From Octopus vulgaris (Eukaryota): DNA of 64,000 nucleotides. The notes under the pieces were generated by a model. The model did not search any database, had not been told where the DNA came from, and saw only the letters and a list, made by a program, of their open reading frames with translations. The stretch is from the NCBI GenBank assembly GCA_951406725.2, contig OX597843.1:19840001-19904000 (forward strand). Direction: 5' to 3'. How positions within the stretch are numbered: the first letter of the stretch is position 1; each line of letters opens with the position of its first letter. The position numbers were made by a program, and so were the translations under genes. Shown here piece after piece: positions 1-14,366 of this stretch.

Positions 1-22
1 GCAGCTTTATTGCTTTATTTAG

Positions 23-124
23 CACAACAATCGTTTCAGCTGCCTTTTCCACAACTCACTAGTGGGTGGGGAACGATGTAATGACATCAGATGCATCGCG
101 CAGTATAGGAAGCCTCATCAGGTG
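23..124 (-). ncRNA. Type I hammerhead ribozyme motif with long stem II (Penelope-type)
   Basis: Minus strand reads cac-CUGAUGA-ggcu...(~75 nt)...agcu-GAAA-cgauug-UU-gug. Stem I is cac/gug and the near-palindromic stem III is typical of minimal PLE hammerheads. Confidence 0.55.
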
Positions 125-841
125 ACGTAATATGATTCGAAAGTTATAAGTTTTACATTGCATCCAAAGTTAGATGCTGGTGGTATTGTGGTGTGTTACT
201 AGTAGTTCACAAACATTGGTGAAGTGAGGATACTGGTGGTCAGTTGATAAGAAAATAAAAAATAGAAAAAATATACTGTAAATGGAGGGTAAGGGTGGTT
301 ATAGTATTGGATTGAAAGGCCCTAAAGAGTGTGGAGTCCTTTGATGGCTGACTATTAAGTTAAACGTGACGGCGTGGCCATGAATTTGGTAGGGGCGTGA
401 TTCCCGTCTTTAGAACTGATGGCTGGTTACTCTGACAGATATACACACTAAAACTGTAATATATAGGTAATAATGATATATATGTGCGTGTGCATGTTTA
501 TGTCTGTATATACACACACCGGCCACATGCGTTATATATATATATATTTACGTGAGTATGTGTGTGTGTGTGTGTGTGCGTGTGTGTGTGTGTGGGTCGG
601 TATGTTGGCCACTCTGTCAATTCTAGTTTATTATGTGTATTTATAAACATGAAGGAAACAAGGTCAAACCAATTGTCATGGTATTTGAAAATAAACTTTA
701 CAATGCTCGGAAATCGTGTTGATCCGCTGAAATTTAGACCAACTCATCGCTATATTTTACCACCTACACTTAGCAAAGAACTGATAATTTGGTGAACTCA
801 TTTTATGATTTTAATTTTCCAACAAAGAGACTTGTCCTTAC

Positions 842-913
842 ATTGTCTTTATACTGGGCAGGAATAGGAAAGCGCCATCTTCATACTTTTGTATTTGGTT
901 GTTTTGCAACTCT
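842..913 (-). CDS. 72-nt LRR exon (one 24-aa leucine-rich repeat) of a minus-strand LRR protein gene
   Basis: Acceptor tttgtctctttattttcAG and donor GTaagg. Phase 2-2 translation is ELQNNQIQKYEDGAFLFLPSIKT(I), matching LxxIxLxxNxIxxxxxGAFxxLP. Confidence 0.88.
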
Positions 914-1242
914 CTGAAAATAAAGAGACAAATATTACATACGTCAAGATAATTAAAAGTAAATAACTTTGTTTTCTGTTGTTCAATACTGTCTAAATTG
1001 CTCTTTTGTCAACACCAAGAGAATAAAAACTGATGCTCACAGACAATTGTTTATTTCTCTTCATAGTTCTCATAGAAATGTTGTTTGAATAGGATTAAGT
1101 TTCTTCATTCTAACTTAATTATCCTTAAAGAATACATTCTACTAACCAAACAGCAAAAGATAAATGATGATAAAATATAAAAATAAAATAACAACGACAC
1201 TTTATGTGCACAATATGGGTTTTACATAACATTTTATTCATG

Positions 1243-1289
<47 letters not shown>

Positions 1290-1295
<6 letters not shown>

Positions 1296-2510
1296 GGGAA
1301 TAAATCCAAACATACAGGGAAAAATTAGATTAAGGATTAAATCAAATTTCACATTATAAATATAAATTAAATTAGAGATAAAACCACAATGAGGCAAATC
1401 AAACAGTGAAGAATATAAACCAAAACATAAAAATAAATATAATTAATATAATATACAAAATATATAAAATTTAAAATTTAAATTATTTAAATTTAAAATT
1501 TTTAATTTATATTTATAAATTTTTATATTTTTAAAATTTAAAATTTTAATTTTTAAACTTTTAATTTTTTAATTAATAATTTTTTTTAATATTTTAATTT
1601 TGCTAATTTTTTTTATATAACTATCAAAAAGTATTAAAAAGTTTAATATAATATAATATAATAAGTAAAACCACTACGTACGTTTCGTGGCCATAACCCA
1701 ATTCGAATTATAATAATTTAAATTCCATTAAAAATCCGAATTATAATTATAATCAATCTTCAGGTTAATGATAATAGTCAAATAAATAAGCAAATATATT
1801 TAAACAATATTTTTTAAGAAATAAAAAAAATAATATTTTTCTTATAAAATACTCTATTATCAAATTAGAACTTTAATGATTAGGATTATGTCATACAATC
1901 CAATTATAATGTCAAATATTCATAGATAGAAAATGTATTTAACTATTAAGATATAATAAGGCTTGAATAAACATAATAAACTCACGAATAACCTAATCTC
2001 AGTTATAGTCAATATCTGATTACCAAATTATTTAACAAAACAATAATCACTATTCATATTTTTAAATTTTAGCTGAAAATGGCGGGCTTATTCGCAATGC
2101 ATTTCGGTTCCAATCTGCCTATTCGGAACAAAAATTCAGAATTGAACTATTCCGGTAAAAAATATAAATTTAAAATTAAGGATAACATCTTTATAAGAAA
2201 TTATCAGTAGCTAGCGTGAAAAACCTCGTAAGAGAAAATCTGTAAATTTTCATAGATATGTAAAGATAAACAATCGTACATGCTACGACGAATTCTACGG
2301 TTCGCTGTCGGGTATGCTATATTGTGTTTTTTCCTTACATGTCTTGAGTTCGTTGCACTGAAGAGCATAGAATGCATATTCTGCATTGATTGCGAAATCA
2401 CAGGTGATATGCAACTAAATTCTGTCTTTAAATGGCTTGCTTTGAAATTTTGCATTCGGTACAATTTGTTTATTTTAGTAGTTTTGACTGCAAGAGTCCC
2501 TCCTAGCGCG
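1290..2510 (-). mobile_element. Decayed Penelope-like terminal-repeat fragment next to a (TA)n array
   Basis: Abuts a (TA)n array. Contains a degenerate hammerhead (CUGAAGA...GAAAcguacgUA, 1671-1768 minus). No intact ORF. Confidence 0.4.
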
Positions 2511-2572
2511 CGGTACCTATGAATAATAGTACCCTCTATATAATATATATATATATATATATATCATTTTCA

Positions 2573-2975
2573 ATACAGGCATGGTTCTGTGGCAAGAAGA
2601 TTGCTTCTCACATACATGGATTCTTTAGTCTCATTATGTGGCACCATGTACAAATAGCGTCTACTATAAGCTTGGGTCGACTAAGCTTTCTGAGTAAATT
2701 TGCTACCGGAAGCAGTGTGGAAGCCCGTTGAATATATATGTGTGTTTGAGTGTGTGTATGTGTGTGTGTGTTTGTCTTTCTGTTTATCACCACCAACGCT
2801 TAATAACCAATGATGTTGTGTTTATCTGTAACTTAGTGGTTGGGCAAAAGCTATCCGATTGATTACGTTCCAGATTTTAAAAAGTAATTACTAAGAACAA
2901 TTTGGTCGAGTAAACCCTTGAAGTTAGTGCCCCAGCACAGCCGCAATCTAATGACTGTAACAAAGAATAGTAAAA
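2573..2975 (+). mobile_element. Diverged octopus-type tRNA-derived SINE
   Basis: Alignable by eye to the well-preserved copy at 58775-59198 (head, internal TA/TG tract, tail ccagcacagccgcaatctaatgactgtaaca). Confidence 0.7.
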
Positions 2976-3808
2976 GTATGTACTCCAGTGGCAATGTAAT
3001 GATATAAGAACTTTAAAAAAATGAATTATTACAATAACATTGACTATCTTCAGACTAGTTCACAACTTTAAGCATCATATGCGAAGAACATAAAACAATA
3101 AATGTTCATCTTTAATACATACATGAATATATATATCACATATATTTAGCCACTTTAAAGTGATCATGGGCAATATTTTTTGCTTCTTATTCAGCTTCTT
3201 TCATGAACAGAGATTTTCTAACATTTTAGTGTCCTAGTCACACAATCAATGACACTATTTTCTATATATTGCAATCGAAGTAAATCCTGACATGCCTGGC
3301 CACGACTACCCACCTCTAAGGGGATCAAGTACAGATCGAAACCTGTGGGGTAGAGTCTTCAAGCTAGGGAAGCAGGTGTTATCTCCCGATTGCACTAAAT
3401 ATCGAGTGTGAGAAGCGAACTGAATAAATCAACTGATGTGTTCCTGTGGTTAAATGGCAGTATAGTCGTATCGTAGACGACAGATTGATAGATAGATAGA
3501 AATAGATAGAATAGAAAGAGAGAGAGAGAGAGATAATATAGATATAGATATATATTTACAAATATATATATATAAATACACAAATACAAGCAGATATATG
3601 TATATGAGATAGATGTATGCATGTATGAATATTTATTAGAGCATATATATATATATATATATATATATTACGGAGATGTACTCGCATAGCAAGTAATTTG
3701 ATCTGAGATCGTGTGCTGAAACGAAAACAATTGCAGCGTGGAAGGTGTTTATAAGCTAATTAAGAAACACACAAAAGCCGTTCGATTCACTTCAACATTT
3801 AAGTTTAA

Positions 3809-3858
3809 TTTGTCAAAATATTTTCGTCGCTAAAATCCGTGACCTGTTCACTGACAAA
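3809..3858 (-). ncRNA. Minimal hammerhead motif, G3-C8 core variant, in a ~200-bp cassette (3670-3872) inside (TA)n
   Basis: uuuguca-GUGAACA-ggucac...gcgac-GAAA-auau-UU-ugacaaa, with a perfect 7-bp stem I and palindromic AAUAUU stem III. Confidence 0.7.
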
Positions 3859-3870
3859 GTCCGTGCTGCA

Positions 3871-3927
<57 letters not shown>

Positions 3928-3947
3928 GTATATATATATGTATATGC

Positions 3948-3982
<35 letters not shown>

Positions 3983-4010
3983 ATATGTATATATATATAT
4001 GGATATATAT

Positions 4011-4080
<70 letters not shown>

Positions 4081-4089
4081 ATGCATGTA

Positions 4090-4875
4090 CGAGGTCGTTT
4101 CAAAATTTCACGAATGCGTTCTATAACGCGCCATAAGAGGGTTGCATACAATTGTATGCGCGATGGTACCTAGCATTGACCATCATCAGACACCCTGCTG
4201 AGTGACATCGCTGTATATATTTCGCAAGATGTGGAATTTGCATTTCGGTGATACTGTAATCTCCGATTTTTGTCATGAACAGGAAATTGGAAGAAATGAA
4301 GAAAGTGTAATTTTGCGTTAAAATTGGGAAGTCTGCTACAGAGCGATTGAGCATGCTTTGGCAAACTTATAGCGGCGAGACAGTGGGTCGTATGCAATGT
4401 TTCGAGTGTACGGGCGCACGAACAAATCACAGTTTAATCAAGACCATGTTCATCATTTTCTTCCGACATCCTCGGTATTGTGCATTGGGAGATTCTTCAG
4501 GGAGGACGTTTGGGGAAAATGACCGGATGTGGATTCGCGAAGTATTGAATTATTCACGACAACAATGCACCTATCACCTCACTCGTGAGTTTCTCACCAA
4601 AAACAATATGCTATCGCCTCGGCACTTGCTCTATTATGGAGATTTACCACCTGCTGACTTGCATGTTCCTCAAGATGAAAAATCAGCTCAGGGGTCGAGA
4701 TCAAGAGTGAATTTAATACCATTGTTGAGATCAAGCGGTCCTCGACTCGCCTATGGAAAACTACGTCCAGGCCGGATTCCAAAAGTGTCAGAAAACCTGG
4801 GGCAGTTGTAGTATTGCTCAGGTAAAATGAGTTACTTTTATTAAACATAGCTCGTTCAGAAAATTTGTATATATG
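4090..4875 (+). mobile_element. Decayed mariner transposon
   Basis: TA-flanked start cgaggtcgtttcaaaattt. Transposase remnants HD(x)NAP and DLPPAD; the paralogue at 46.2 kb keeps HLPYSPDLPPADFHLF. Confidence 0.8.
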
Positions 4876-5011
4876 ACAGGTTTCCTTCAGTTACCGTGTA
4901 CCCAATTAACTAACATACACGGGTTTGTTCGGTTGGAGACCAGAGTACACGCAGAAGGACTGAATACAGAAGCAAAATTCTTATCACACAGCCATGCCAA
5001 CGCCTAAGCGT

Positions 5012-5045
<34 letters not shown>

Positions 5046-5297
5046 ACATACACACAAACACATACACACACAAACACACTACACACACACATATTACGGA
5101 AATGGAAAATGGATTTTACGAGATTCGTTAATCATTACTACCGGTTCAACCCGTCTTAAATCGGCCCCTCACGGATGAGATAATGGTCGATTGGCGGCGG
5201 TGCATCTTTCTTTGCAGATGTTTCTCATCAGTTGACATTTCAAAAAGTACTCTGCTCAATAAACTCGGTTTCACTTGGTTCAATTATAATGTATTTC

Positions 5298-5622
<325 letters not shown>

Positions 5623-6326
5623 CGGTGATGAAGAAAAAGTAATATAAGTAGCAAGAAAACAGAAAAGATGGACAAGCAAAACAATAAAAAAAATTTGGGA
5701 ATGAGGATAGAAATGATAATAAAAATATATCAACATAAGTAAAATTATCAGACATACACACAGACACAAACGTACGAGGGACACACCAAACGTTGTTTTA
5801 TGTTGTGGACGACTAGCTACATTAACATCCTTCCTAAAGGAATTGAAACGGAATATGCAGCCATCACACTGCACAGTTTGGCCAAATTGCCCCAGCTGTA
5901 GCTCACTATACAAATAGAAAATGACGACTACCAACTCCAGCACGTCATGTAATTGTAGAGTTTGAAATAACTCATATTATTGAATCAGTATCTCAAAAGA
6001 GTGAGGATGAATACATTTCTATACGTTCTTTTCTTGAAGTGAGTTTAACTCTGCATAAATATATATTTCATAATATACCCACCTATAGACACAAATGCAA
6101 ACATAGATATTCACGTGCAATCTTACACTCATACATAAAATGTTAGACATTTATGCAGACACATAGAGACACAAACCATCATAGACACCTTCATACACAC
6201 TCTTACATGAAAATAGTAGCAGAACATTAGTTAGAGATAGAGAGAGAGAAAAGGAAGATGAGAAGACATTAAGTTCCTAGAAAAATTTCGTATATAGAAT
6301 AATATAAAAAAACTTTAGCAACTTAC

Positions 6327-6398
6327 ATTGTCTGTAAACTTAGAAGATTTTGAAAGGCTCCTTGTGAGATGGTTGTGATCTTATTCCTATCGAGATCT
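6327..6398 (-). CDS. 72-nt LRR exon (one 24-aa repeat)
   Basis: Acceptor tgtgttttatttttcAG and donor GTaagt. Phase 2-2 translation is DLDRNKITTISQGAFQNLLSLQT(I). Confidence 0.9.
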
Positions 6399-6829
6399 CT
6401 GAAAAATAAAACACAATTCAAAAGTAAGAGTATTAAATATTATTAAAAAGATTTCTTATAAGATATTAATTCTTGTATCTTTAGAATCATATTAATAAAA
6501 AGAGGACGGTGAAGGAGAAAATGGCCGAGATGATGTTGATGATGATGATGGGGATGAGGATTGCGATGTTGACTGTAAATGTTGTAATAATGACGGTGAG
6601 AAGGAAAAATAATGTTGATTATTATCGAAAACCATGACAAACGCTACCGATTAATTGGTGATGACGAAGTTGATTATTATGATGTTCATAACGAATGTGA
6701 TGACGATTCTGCATGCTAGAAATAGCAGAGTAAATGAGGGAAGGAAATAGTTATGATGACATGATAAAATATAACGATTAGTGAAAACGAAAATATGATT
6801 AGCAGAAGGACTATGAATATGATAGCGCT

Positions 6830-6840
6830 GAAGATGATAC

Positions 6841-6880
<40 letters not shown>

Positions 6881-6937
6881 AATGATGACGAAGATGATGA
6901 TGATGATGATGATGATGATAATGACGACGATGATTAC

Positions 6938-6996
<59 letters not shown>

Positions 6997-7040
6997 CGAT
7001 GACGATGATGGTGACGATCGTGATGATGATGATGATGATG
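6830..7040. repeat. (GAT)n microsatellite
   Basis: Directly visible. It produces the spurious poly-His and poly-Met ORFs. Confidence 0.95.
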
Positions 7041-7153
7041 CAAGATGTGATGGAAAATTAGAAATTGATTAGAAACGAAGATGGTGAAGGAAAATAAGTC
7101 ATAGAACGGATAAATACAGAGAAGTAGAAGGAGAATAATAATAATAATAATAA

Positions 7154-7184
<31 letters not shown>

Positions 7185-7439
7185 AAGAAGAAGCGAAAAT
7201 GATTCATGAAGAGAGGAGAAAGCAGTTGATTAAAAGCAGAAGAATCAGAAAATGATGAACAAGATGAATGTAGAGAAAAATTGTGAAGAAGACGATAAAT
7301 GCAGGAAAAGAAGTTATATTAAGACAAGAAAAATAACGTGGAATATCAGAATGGGGAAACAAGTGGGAATAAAAGAATATAAATACAAATACTATAGTCA
7401 CACATCAAACAAACGCAAACATATATATATATATATATA

Positions 7440-9560
7440 TATAACGGGAAGCTTTATGAAAATAAACAAAAGACGAAGGCAGGTGGAAAACAAACGAACA
7501 ATTGTATTAGTATGGCGCTCAGGAAATATAAATAAAACAAGTCTTTAACGTTTCGAGCCTACGCTCTTCAACAGAAAGATACACAGAGAGAAAAACACAG
7601 AAAGAAGGAGAGAAAAAAAATGCGTGCAGTAGCTAACGAATCAACATGGCGATCTGATTTCGGCCAGAGGTCAAAGATCAAACATGAGACGCGAGAGCGA
7701 AATAAGGGGAGATAATAGGGTTGAGGGACCAGCTAAAAGTGCGTGGGAGGGGTCTGGATGTGTGTATGTATAGGGTTGGTGTATGTATTAGTATGTATAA
7801 GGGTGTGTGTGTGTGTGTGTGTGTGTGTATGAGAGAGTATTAGTGCGTAGGATTGGTCTGGACGTGCGTATGTATGGGGTTGGTGTATGTATTAGTATGT
7901 ATTAGTATGTATTAGTACGTATTGGTATGTATAGGTGTGTGTGTGTGTGTGTGAGAGAGTATAAGTGCGTATGTGGGGTCTGGACGTGTGTATGTATAGG
8001 GTTGGTGTAAGTATGAGTATGTACTAGTATGTATTAGTACGTATTAGTATGTATTAGTTGGTGTGTGTATTAGTATGGCACATCATATGTGATGTGATGT
8101 GTAAAGTCATGTGGTGTAGTGAGGAGAAGAGGGGGAGGGGAGAAGAGGGGGAGAAGGGGAGGGGAAGAAGAGGGGGAGGGGAGGGTGAAGAGGAGAGGAT
8201 GGGGAGAAGGAAGGGGAGGAGAGGGATGAAGGAGGAAAGAGGGAGAGGGGGAGAGAGAAGGGGAGAGAGGGAGTGAGGGAGCAGAGGGAAGGGGAAGAGG
8301 GAGGGAGAAAGAGGGAAGAAGGGAAGGGGAGTAGGGGTGAAAGGATGAAGGACTGAAGAAGTAGGGGTCGGGGGGAGAAAGGATAGGTGAGGAGGGGGGA
8401 GAGGGGGGGTTAGATGAGGAGGGGGGGGGGGAGAGTTGAGACCAAATGGCGTATAAGAGCGAAGAGAGAAGATTAATTCCTGTTCACGGCGCAAACGGGA
8501 ATCCGGATGGCCTCTGTGTAAGGACAAACCGAACACAGATAGGTGTTGCAAGGAGTGACCGGTGGAGCGGAAATGGCGTGAGACCGGTGTGTCGTTCGCA
8601 AGGTGGATGTCACGAAGGTGTTCCGCGAACCGGTCAGCCAAGCGGCGTCCCGTTTGTCCGATGTACAAGGAATTGCAGAGAGAGCAAGAGATGCAATAGA
8701 TAATATTGCTGGAGGTGCAGGTGAAGGAGTGGATGATGGGATAGGGTCGATGGTGGGTGCTAGTGAGGCGGGTGGTGTTGGAGAGGTAAGGGCAAGTGCG
8801 GCAACGTGGGCGGGAGCAGGGGAACGAGCCGGGTTGGGAGGTAGGGTCAGGGAAGGAGCTATGGACCAAAAGGTCTCGAAGGTTGTGGGCTCGTTTGAAA
8901 GAGGGGAGGGGTCGGTTAGGGAAGAGGTGTGAAGTGGACGGGTCGGACTGGAGATGACGGAAAGCTCGAAGAATGGTGGGTTGGAGACGTAGGGTCGTGG
9001 GGTGGTAAGTGAGGGGAAAAGGAGGCGGGAGACTACAGGGCGGGTTCGGGGAGAGAGAGCAGATACACGGTCCACGGACCGTGCTCTGGCAAGGGCGGTG
9101 TGGATAGTGGTGAGGGGGTATCCACGTAGGGTGAAGTGGTGAGCCATACGTTGAGACTGAGTCTCAAAGTCATGGTCGTCACTACAGAGCCTACGTAGAC
9201 GGAGGAATTGGGAATAGGGGATGGAAAGCTTGGTGTGTTCTGGGTGGGAGAAAGAGAAGTTGAGGTATGAGTGTGAGTCTGTGTGTTTGTAGTGAATGGA
9301 GGTGGTAAGAGTGGAGTCAAGAATGCTAACCGAAATGTCGAGGAAGGAGATAGTGGAAGTGAAGTGGAGGGCTGGATGGAAAGATTGGACGAAAGAGAGG
9401 AAGGAATCTAGATGTTCGCGGGAGAGTGAGGTGGCACCGATAATGTCGTCAATATAACGACCATATAGTTCAGGAGTGGGACCAGTGAAAGTAGAGAATA
9501 TTTGGGCCTCAACATAGCCAACGAACAGGTTCGCATAGTTGGGGCCCATTCGCGTTCCCA
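7440..9560 (-). mobile_element. 5'-truncated Penelope-like retroelement (RT C-terminal part + GIY-YIG endonuclease + terminal repeat)
   Basis: MGTRMGPNYANLFVGY...RYIDD (RT) and IIYCISCSLCNSLYIGQTGRRLADRFAEH (GIY-YIG), frameshifted and flanked by microsatellites. Confidence 0.92.
7541..7580 (-). ncRNA. Minimal hammerhead motif (U3-G8 variant) in the Penelope 3' repeat
   Basis: ucuuucug-UUGAAGA-gcguaggcuc-GAAA-cg-UU-aaagac, at the expected place downstream of the GIY-YIG ORF. Confidence 0.55.
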
Positions 9561-9570
9561 TATATATACC

Positions 9571-9623
<53 letters not shown>

Positions 9624-9674
9624 GATTATGCATTTGATTTGCAAGAATTTTGATGTTAAATCGTGTGTTGAAAC

Positions 9675-10156
9675 AGATATTGTTGTATTTAGGAATGGTC
9701 ATTTTGCCAGTTTAGCCAATAAAAACACACGCACTATATATTTAGTGTTATTGTGCTTCAGTGTATTTATTTTTTACATTAATCTTATTTCGACCAAAGT
9801 ACTTTCGTCACACTCCTGTGACCTCATCAGTAGTCCTTTGTTTTTTTCTTTCATATTTGTGTGTCTCTCCTTACTAACGATCAGCCATTTTGTATTTTGT
9901 ATTCCAATTGTACGTGTCTTCATTTGCGCATGGGTATACCTCTATATGTGTCTATGTTTAGTTAGTGTGTGTGTGGGGGGAGGTGCCTATAATATTTGTA
10001 TCTCATGTTTATATACGTCCGAAAGAAATCTGGCCGAAATAAAATTTAGATTAATGTAAAAAATAAATAACGCAGAAGCAAAATAACACCAAATATATAG
10101 TGCGTGTGTTTTTATTGGCTAAAGGGCCAAAATGACCATTCCTAAATACAACAACA
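9675..10156. repeat. Inverted repeat (~130-bp arms, 9675-9808 / 10018-10156) of a PLE terminal repeat
   Basis: ttgttgtatttaggaatggtcattttg...acacacgcactatatattt is the reverse complement of aaatatatagtgcgtgtgt...caaaatgaccattcctaaatacaacaa. Confidence 0.85.
9792..9835 (-). ncRNA. Canonical minimal type I hammerhead motif
   Basis: gacua-CUGAUGA-ggucac-aggagu-gugac-GAAA-guac-UU-ugguc, with palindromic AAGUACUU stem III. Confidence 0.8.
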
Positions 10157-10779
10157 ATATATATATATGTGTGTGTGTGTCTGTGTGTGTCTGTGTACAT
10201 ACACACATCCACCTATATATACGTTATCAGACCCTGATGTATAAACGCACACACTCACTTCCAGCCCTCACATATATTCCCACTTACTTACACACAGGCA
10301 AACACAAATTGCAAGACAATATGAATTGTAGAAGAATGAGGGTAAATAAAGAAGATAAGAGAGACATTTAGTTTGTGGAAATGACATTGGATGACATATC
10401 GTGATCTTATTATGAAGAAGATGACTAACATAAGAGAAAGTTGATGATGAAGAAGAAAACAACGATGAAGCAGCAGCAGCAGCAGTAGTAGTGGTAGTAG
10501 TAGTAGTAGTAGTAGTAGAAGAAGAAGAAGAAGAAGAAGAAGAAGAAGAAGAATACGATGGTGATGATGATGATGATGATGATTATGATGATAACGATGA
10601 TGAGCAACAACAACAGCAACAACATTAAAACAACAATAAGAGAAGTGGCAGAAAATGTAGGAACTGAAGAAAAGAATGATATAACAAATAAGGAGGAAAC
10701 GAAGGAGTCTGTCATGAAGAAAACTTGAATATAATATTTCTGATCTTATAATAATTCTGCTTGTCATTATGTTAATTAG

Positions 10780-11400
10780 TCCGTCGGTAACGCTTTCTCG
10801 TGATTAGAGAAAAAGAGGGAGAACGAAAAAGAGCAAAAGAGAAATGTCCATGACCTGAGGTAGAAGGGACGTGACTGTAATGCTTTCACGTGATTAGTTA
10901 AATGGAAAGAGAGACCAAGAGAAAGAAAAAGGAATGAGAAAACGAAAGTAAGTCGAAGAGTGGGGCAGAAAGAGAGAGAGAGGGAGAAAAGGGGAGAGAG
11001 AAAAGAGCGAGGGAGAAAAAGAGGGAGGGGACATGTGGTAGGGGGAACGTAATATTTATTACGTGATGAAAAAGTTAGTTGAAGGTAGTGATATTGAGGA
11101 GGGTTACGAATATAATTTTAGCAGAACGGTGATGTTCTGATGGTGAGATTAAAATAAGGCAGATAGGCAGATAAAGAGATAGGTATATAAACTGAGAAAA
11201 TGAGAGAAAGGGGGAGTGAGAGACGGTGGTAGTGGTGGTAGTGGTTGTGGTGGAAGTGGTGATGATGAGTGCATAATGCAAAGTAACTTTTTAATTGAAC
11301 TAAGTATTTTATATTCCCTATCACTTAACGCATGCTCATAAATGCAATTCTTTTAAATATTCAAACTTATTTACAGTGTCATATGTACGGCGTATATATA

Positions 11401-11494
<94 letters not shown>

Positions 11495-14326
11495 CAATTA
11501 AGAAACATATACACTATAATTAAAATATATATATTTCAATTAAAATAGAGGTGGACACAGTAAATTCCATCTCTACAAGATCCCGGTTGATGTTGTTACT
11601 ACTTCTCATACATTCTGCCGTTGGTTGTGCTTCCGCTTCGGCGAGATAGAAATTCGCAGTTTACGGTTATTTGATCGTTGTTCCAAAGATGTGCTTATGA
11701 AATAAGCAAATTACAAAACTTGACCGAACAATGGATAATTAAAGAAGATTAGAAGCTACTCGCGAGAGGGTTAGGGACTACAGGCAGCGGATAAGAGAAG
11801 AGCAGCGGTAAGAAATTAGAGAAAGGGATAAATGGTACCAACAGATGAGACGATCTGCAATAGACGAAGAGCAACGCAAGGCACAATTGTAGTGAGAGAG
11901 AATGCGAGACCAAGGTAGACGACAGGATGAGGAAGAACAAACAGAGTACAAGGAACAACAAAGATTGATATTTCTGCGGAGAATGGAAAACATGAATGAT
12001 ATGCAGTGTGCGCAGTATCAAGACCAACAGAAAAATGTTATGTAACAGAGAAGGGAGAATATGGATGATTTGGAAAGGGCTGCTTGTCTTCAAGGTCAAA
12101 CAGAGAGACATCAAAATGGAGTTGCAAGTATGAATGCTGAACAGGCGTTACCTTGTTCGAGATGAACAGGTGCAACGAAAGCGTGAAGGTAGACATGGAC
12201 TAACACTGAACAGACACAATAATTCTAAACGAACCTATCGTATTGGTCTTCTACAATTAAAATAGTAAATAGTTCACTGTGAGCCATTGACAGAGAGCGT
12301 TGGGTAATCGATTTGCGTCGTGTAAACACTTTCTTTCCCCCTCGATTCCTTAAATCATACGTCCAAACCAGGGTATAAAAGTGCCGAAGAGTTCTTCGAA
12401 GTTTGAGTTGGACGTTTAAATTTGTACGGGATGGGTATGAAACCAAAGAAAAATCGTTTAACATAGAAGGCTTATTGGCGTCTGTGGTGCAGTTGCAACA
12501 GCAACAATAGTAACAACAACAAGAGCAACTACAACAGCAGCAACCACAAAACCAAGAGTTGCTGGAATTAATGTTAAAGAAGTCTAAAAATACTTCAGGT
12601 GCGAACTTGCCAGACAGCGTAGCAATCTCTATTGAAGAGTTCAGTTATAATCCAAAAGATGGGATTACCTTCTCTAAGATACGAATAAATTTTTAAAGAA
12701 GAATTTATAAATTGATCTGAGGGGGAAAATAGTACGACTACTTTGTAAGACAGGTATCCCTTGCCAAATACAGAAAATATAGTAATTATATTCTGGCCAT
12801 GAAGTCAAGTGAGATTTGTTTCAATAAAAACTATTAACATTTTATCAAATGATTTAGAACTGGACCAAAATTAACTCTACAGACAGAAGTAGAAGAATGC
12901 CAGGAAAGACGACGCAGAAAAAAATGAAAGAAAAGATTGCTCTCATATTCCAGTGTCTCCACCGTAACGGATAAGAAATCAGACAAAAAATGTCACGAAG
13001 GAGTCCATGTTGTGGTCTACATTTTAAAAGGAACTGCCCGTTTAAAATCCAAAACCGAAATTTTATCAAAACGTTTCAGGGAAAGGAGTTCTCTGCTAAA
13101 TACTTGAGGACAGATTTTATATTTTGTCCAAAAACATGTAGATTTCATCACCTGTGCCGAGGCTGTTAACGGAAAGTGTAAAGAATTCAAATTATATGAA
13201 TTAAGATGATGTTCAAATGCATATTTTTGGTTTAAGGCCTAACTGCAAGCAAAGATGGAAATATATGTTCACGGATGTCAACAAAATTAGAACTGGACAA
13301 AAAGTAACTCTACAGGCAGAAGCAGAAGAATGTCAGGAAAGACGACGCAGAAAAAATGAAGAAAGCGACGCCCAAAACGAAATTGAAGAAAAAGATTGCT
13401 CTCATATTCCAGTGTCTCCACCGTAACGGATAAGAAATAAGAGAAAAAATGTCAAGATCGAATCCATGTTGTGGGTGCGGTGGTCAACATTTTAAAAGTA
13501 ATTGTCCGTTTCAAAATATTAAAGGCGTCAAATGTGGCAAGAGAGATCATTAAAAAATCACACTGTAGAACAAACCTGGAAAACAGTTCAACAGAAAGAA
13601 AACACGAAAACAGGTTATCGGTGACCAAAAAAACGAACAGCCTCAAAGGAAATTTGTGTACGTAAAGTTGCAACTAGATAAGGGCAGTGATACCTGTATA
13701 ATTAACACAGATACATAGAAAAAAAACAGAAATCCTAGATTAAAAGACATTTCGAAAATTGTAGGTGGTGTTTCAGGAAAATAATTACATTTTAATGGTG
13801 TAATGATAAATCACGTTCCATTTTGTAGGAAAACCTCACTAATTTATTCTGAACACTGAATAGAATTGCTTAACTTATCGGAACTCCCCATAAATCTTTT
13901 CAGTAAAAATGTGAATGGTTTTCTTGCCAATACAAATAAATCGTCGACTATTTGTAGAAATAATTTTAAATGATTTTTTCTGAAGTTCTCTCTGATAAAT
14001 TAGATCTCAGCATCACCACGAAAACGAAGTTCCAAGTAAAAGTAAATGCCAAACCGGTATTTAAATATAAACGAACTGTAACCTTTGCATCGTGGGAACA
14101 GATAAGCTTTTGCATCGTTAGAAACAAATAAACAAAATCAGAGTGTATGCTGATTTTTCCACTGGTTTAAATGAGTGTCTTAAAACGTTCCACTATCCGC
14201 TACCTACCCTGGGGGATATATTTGCAAAATTAGACGGTGGCAAGGTATTTTCTTAATTGGATCTCTCTGACGCGTACCTACATATTAGAGTAGACGATGA
14301 ATGCTATAAATACCTAAACATTAACG

Positions 14327-14366
<40 letters not shown>

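Noticed and set aside
3310-3420. Minus-strand FPSLKTL peptide as a possible extra LRR exon
   Set aside because: No 72-nt AG/GT frame and no LxLxxN motif. The paralogue near 44.85 kb has indels.
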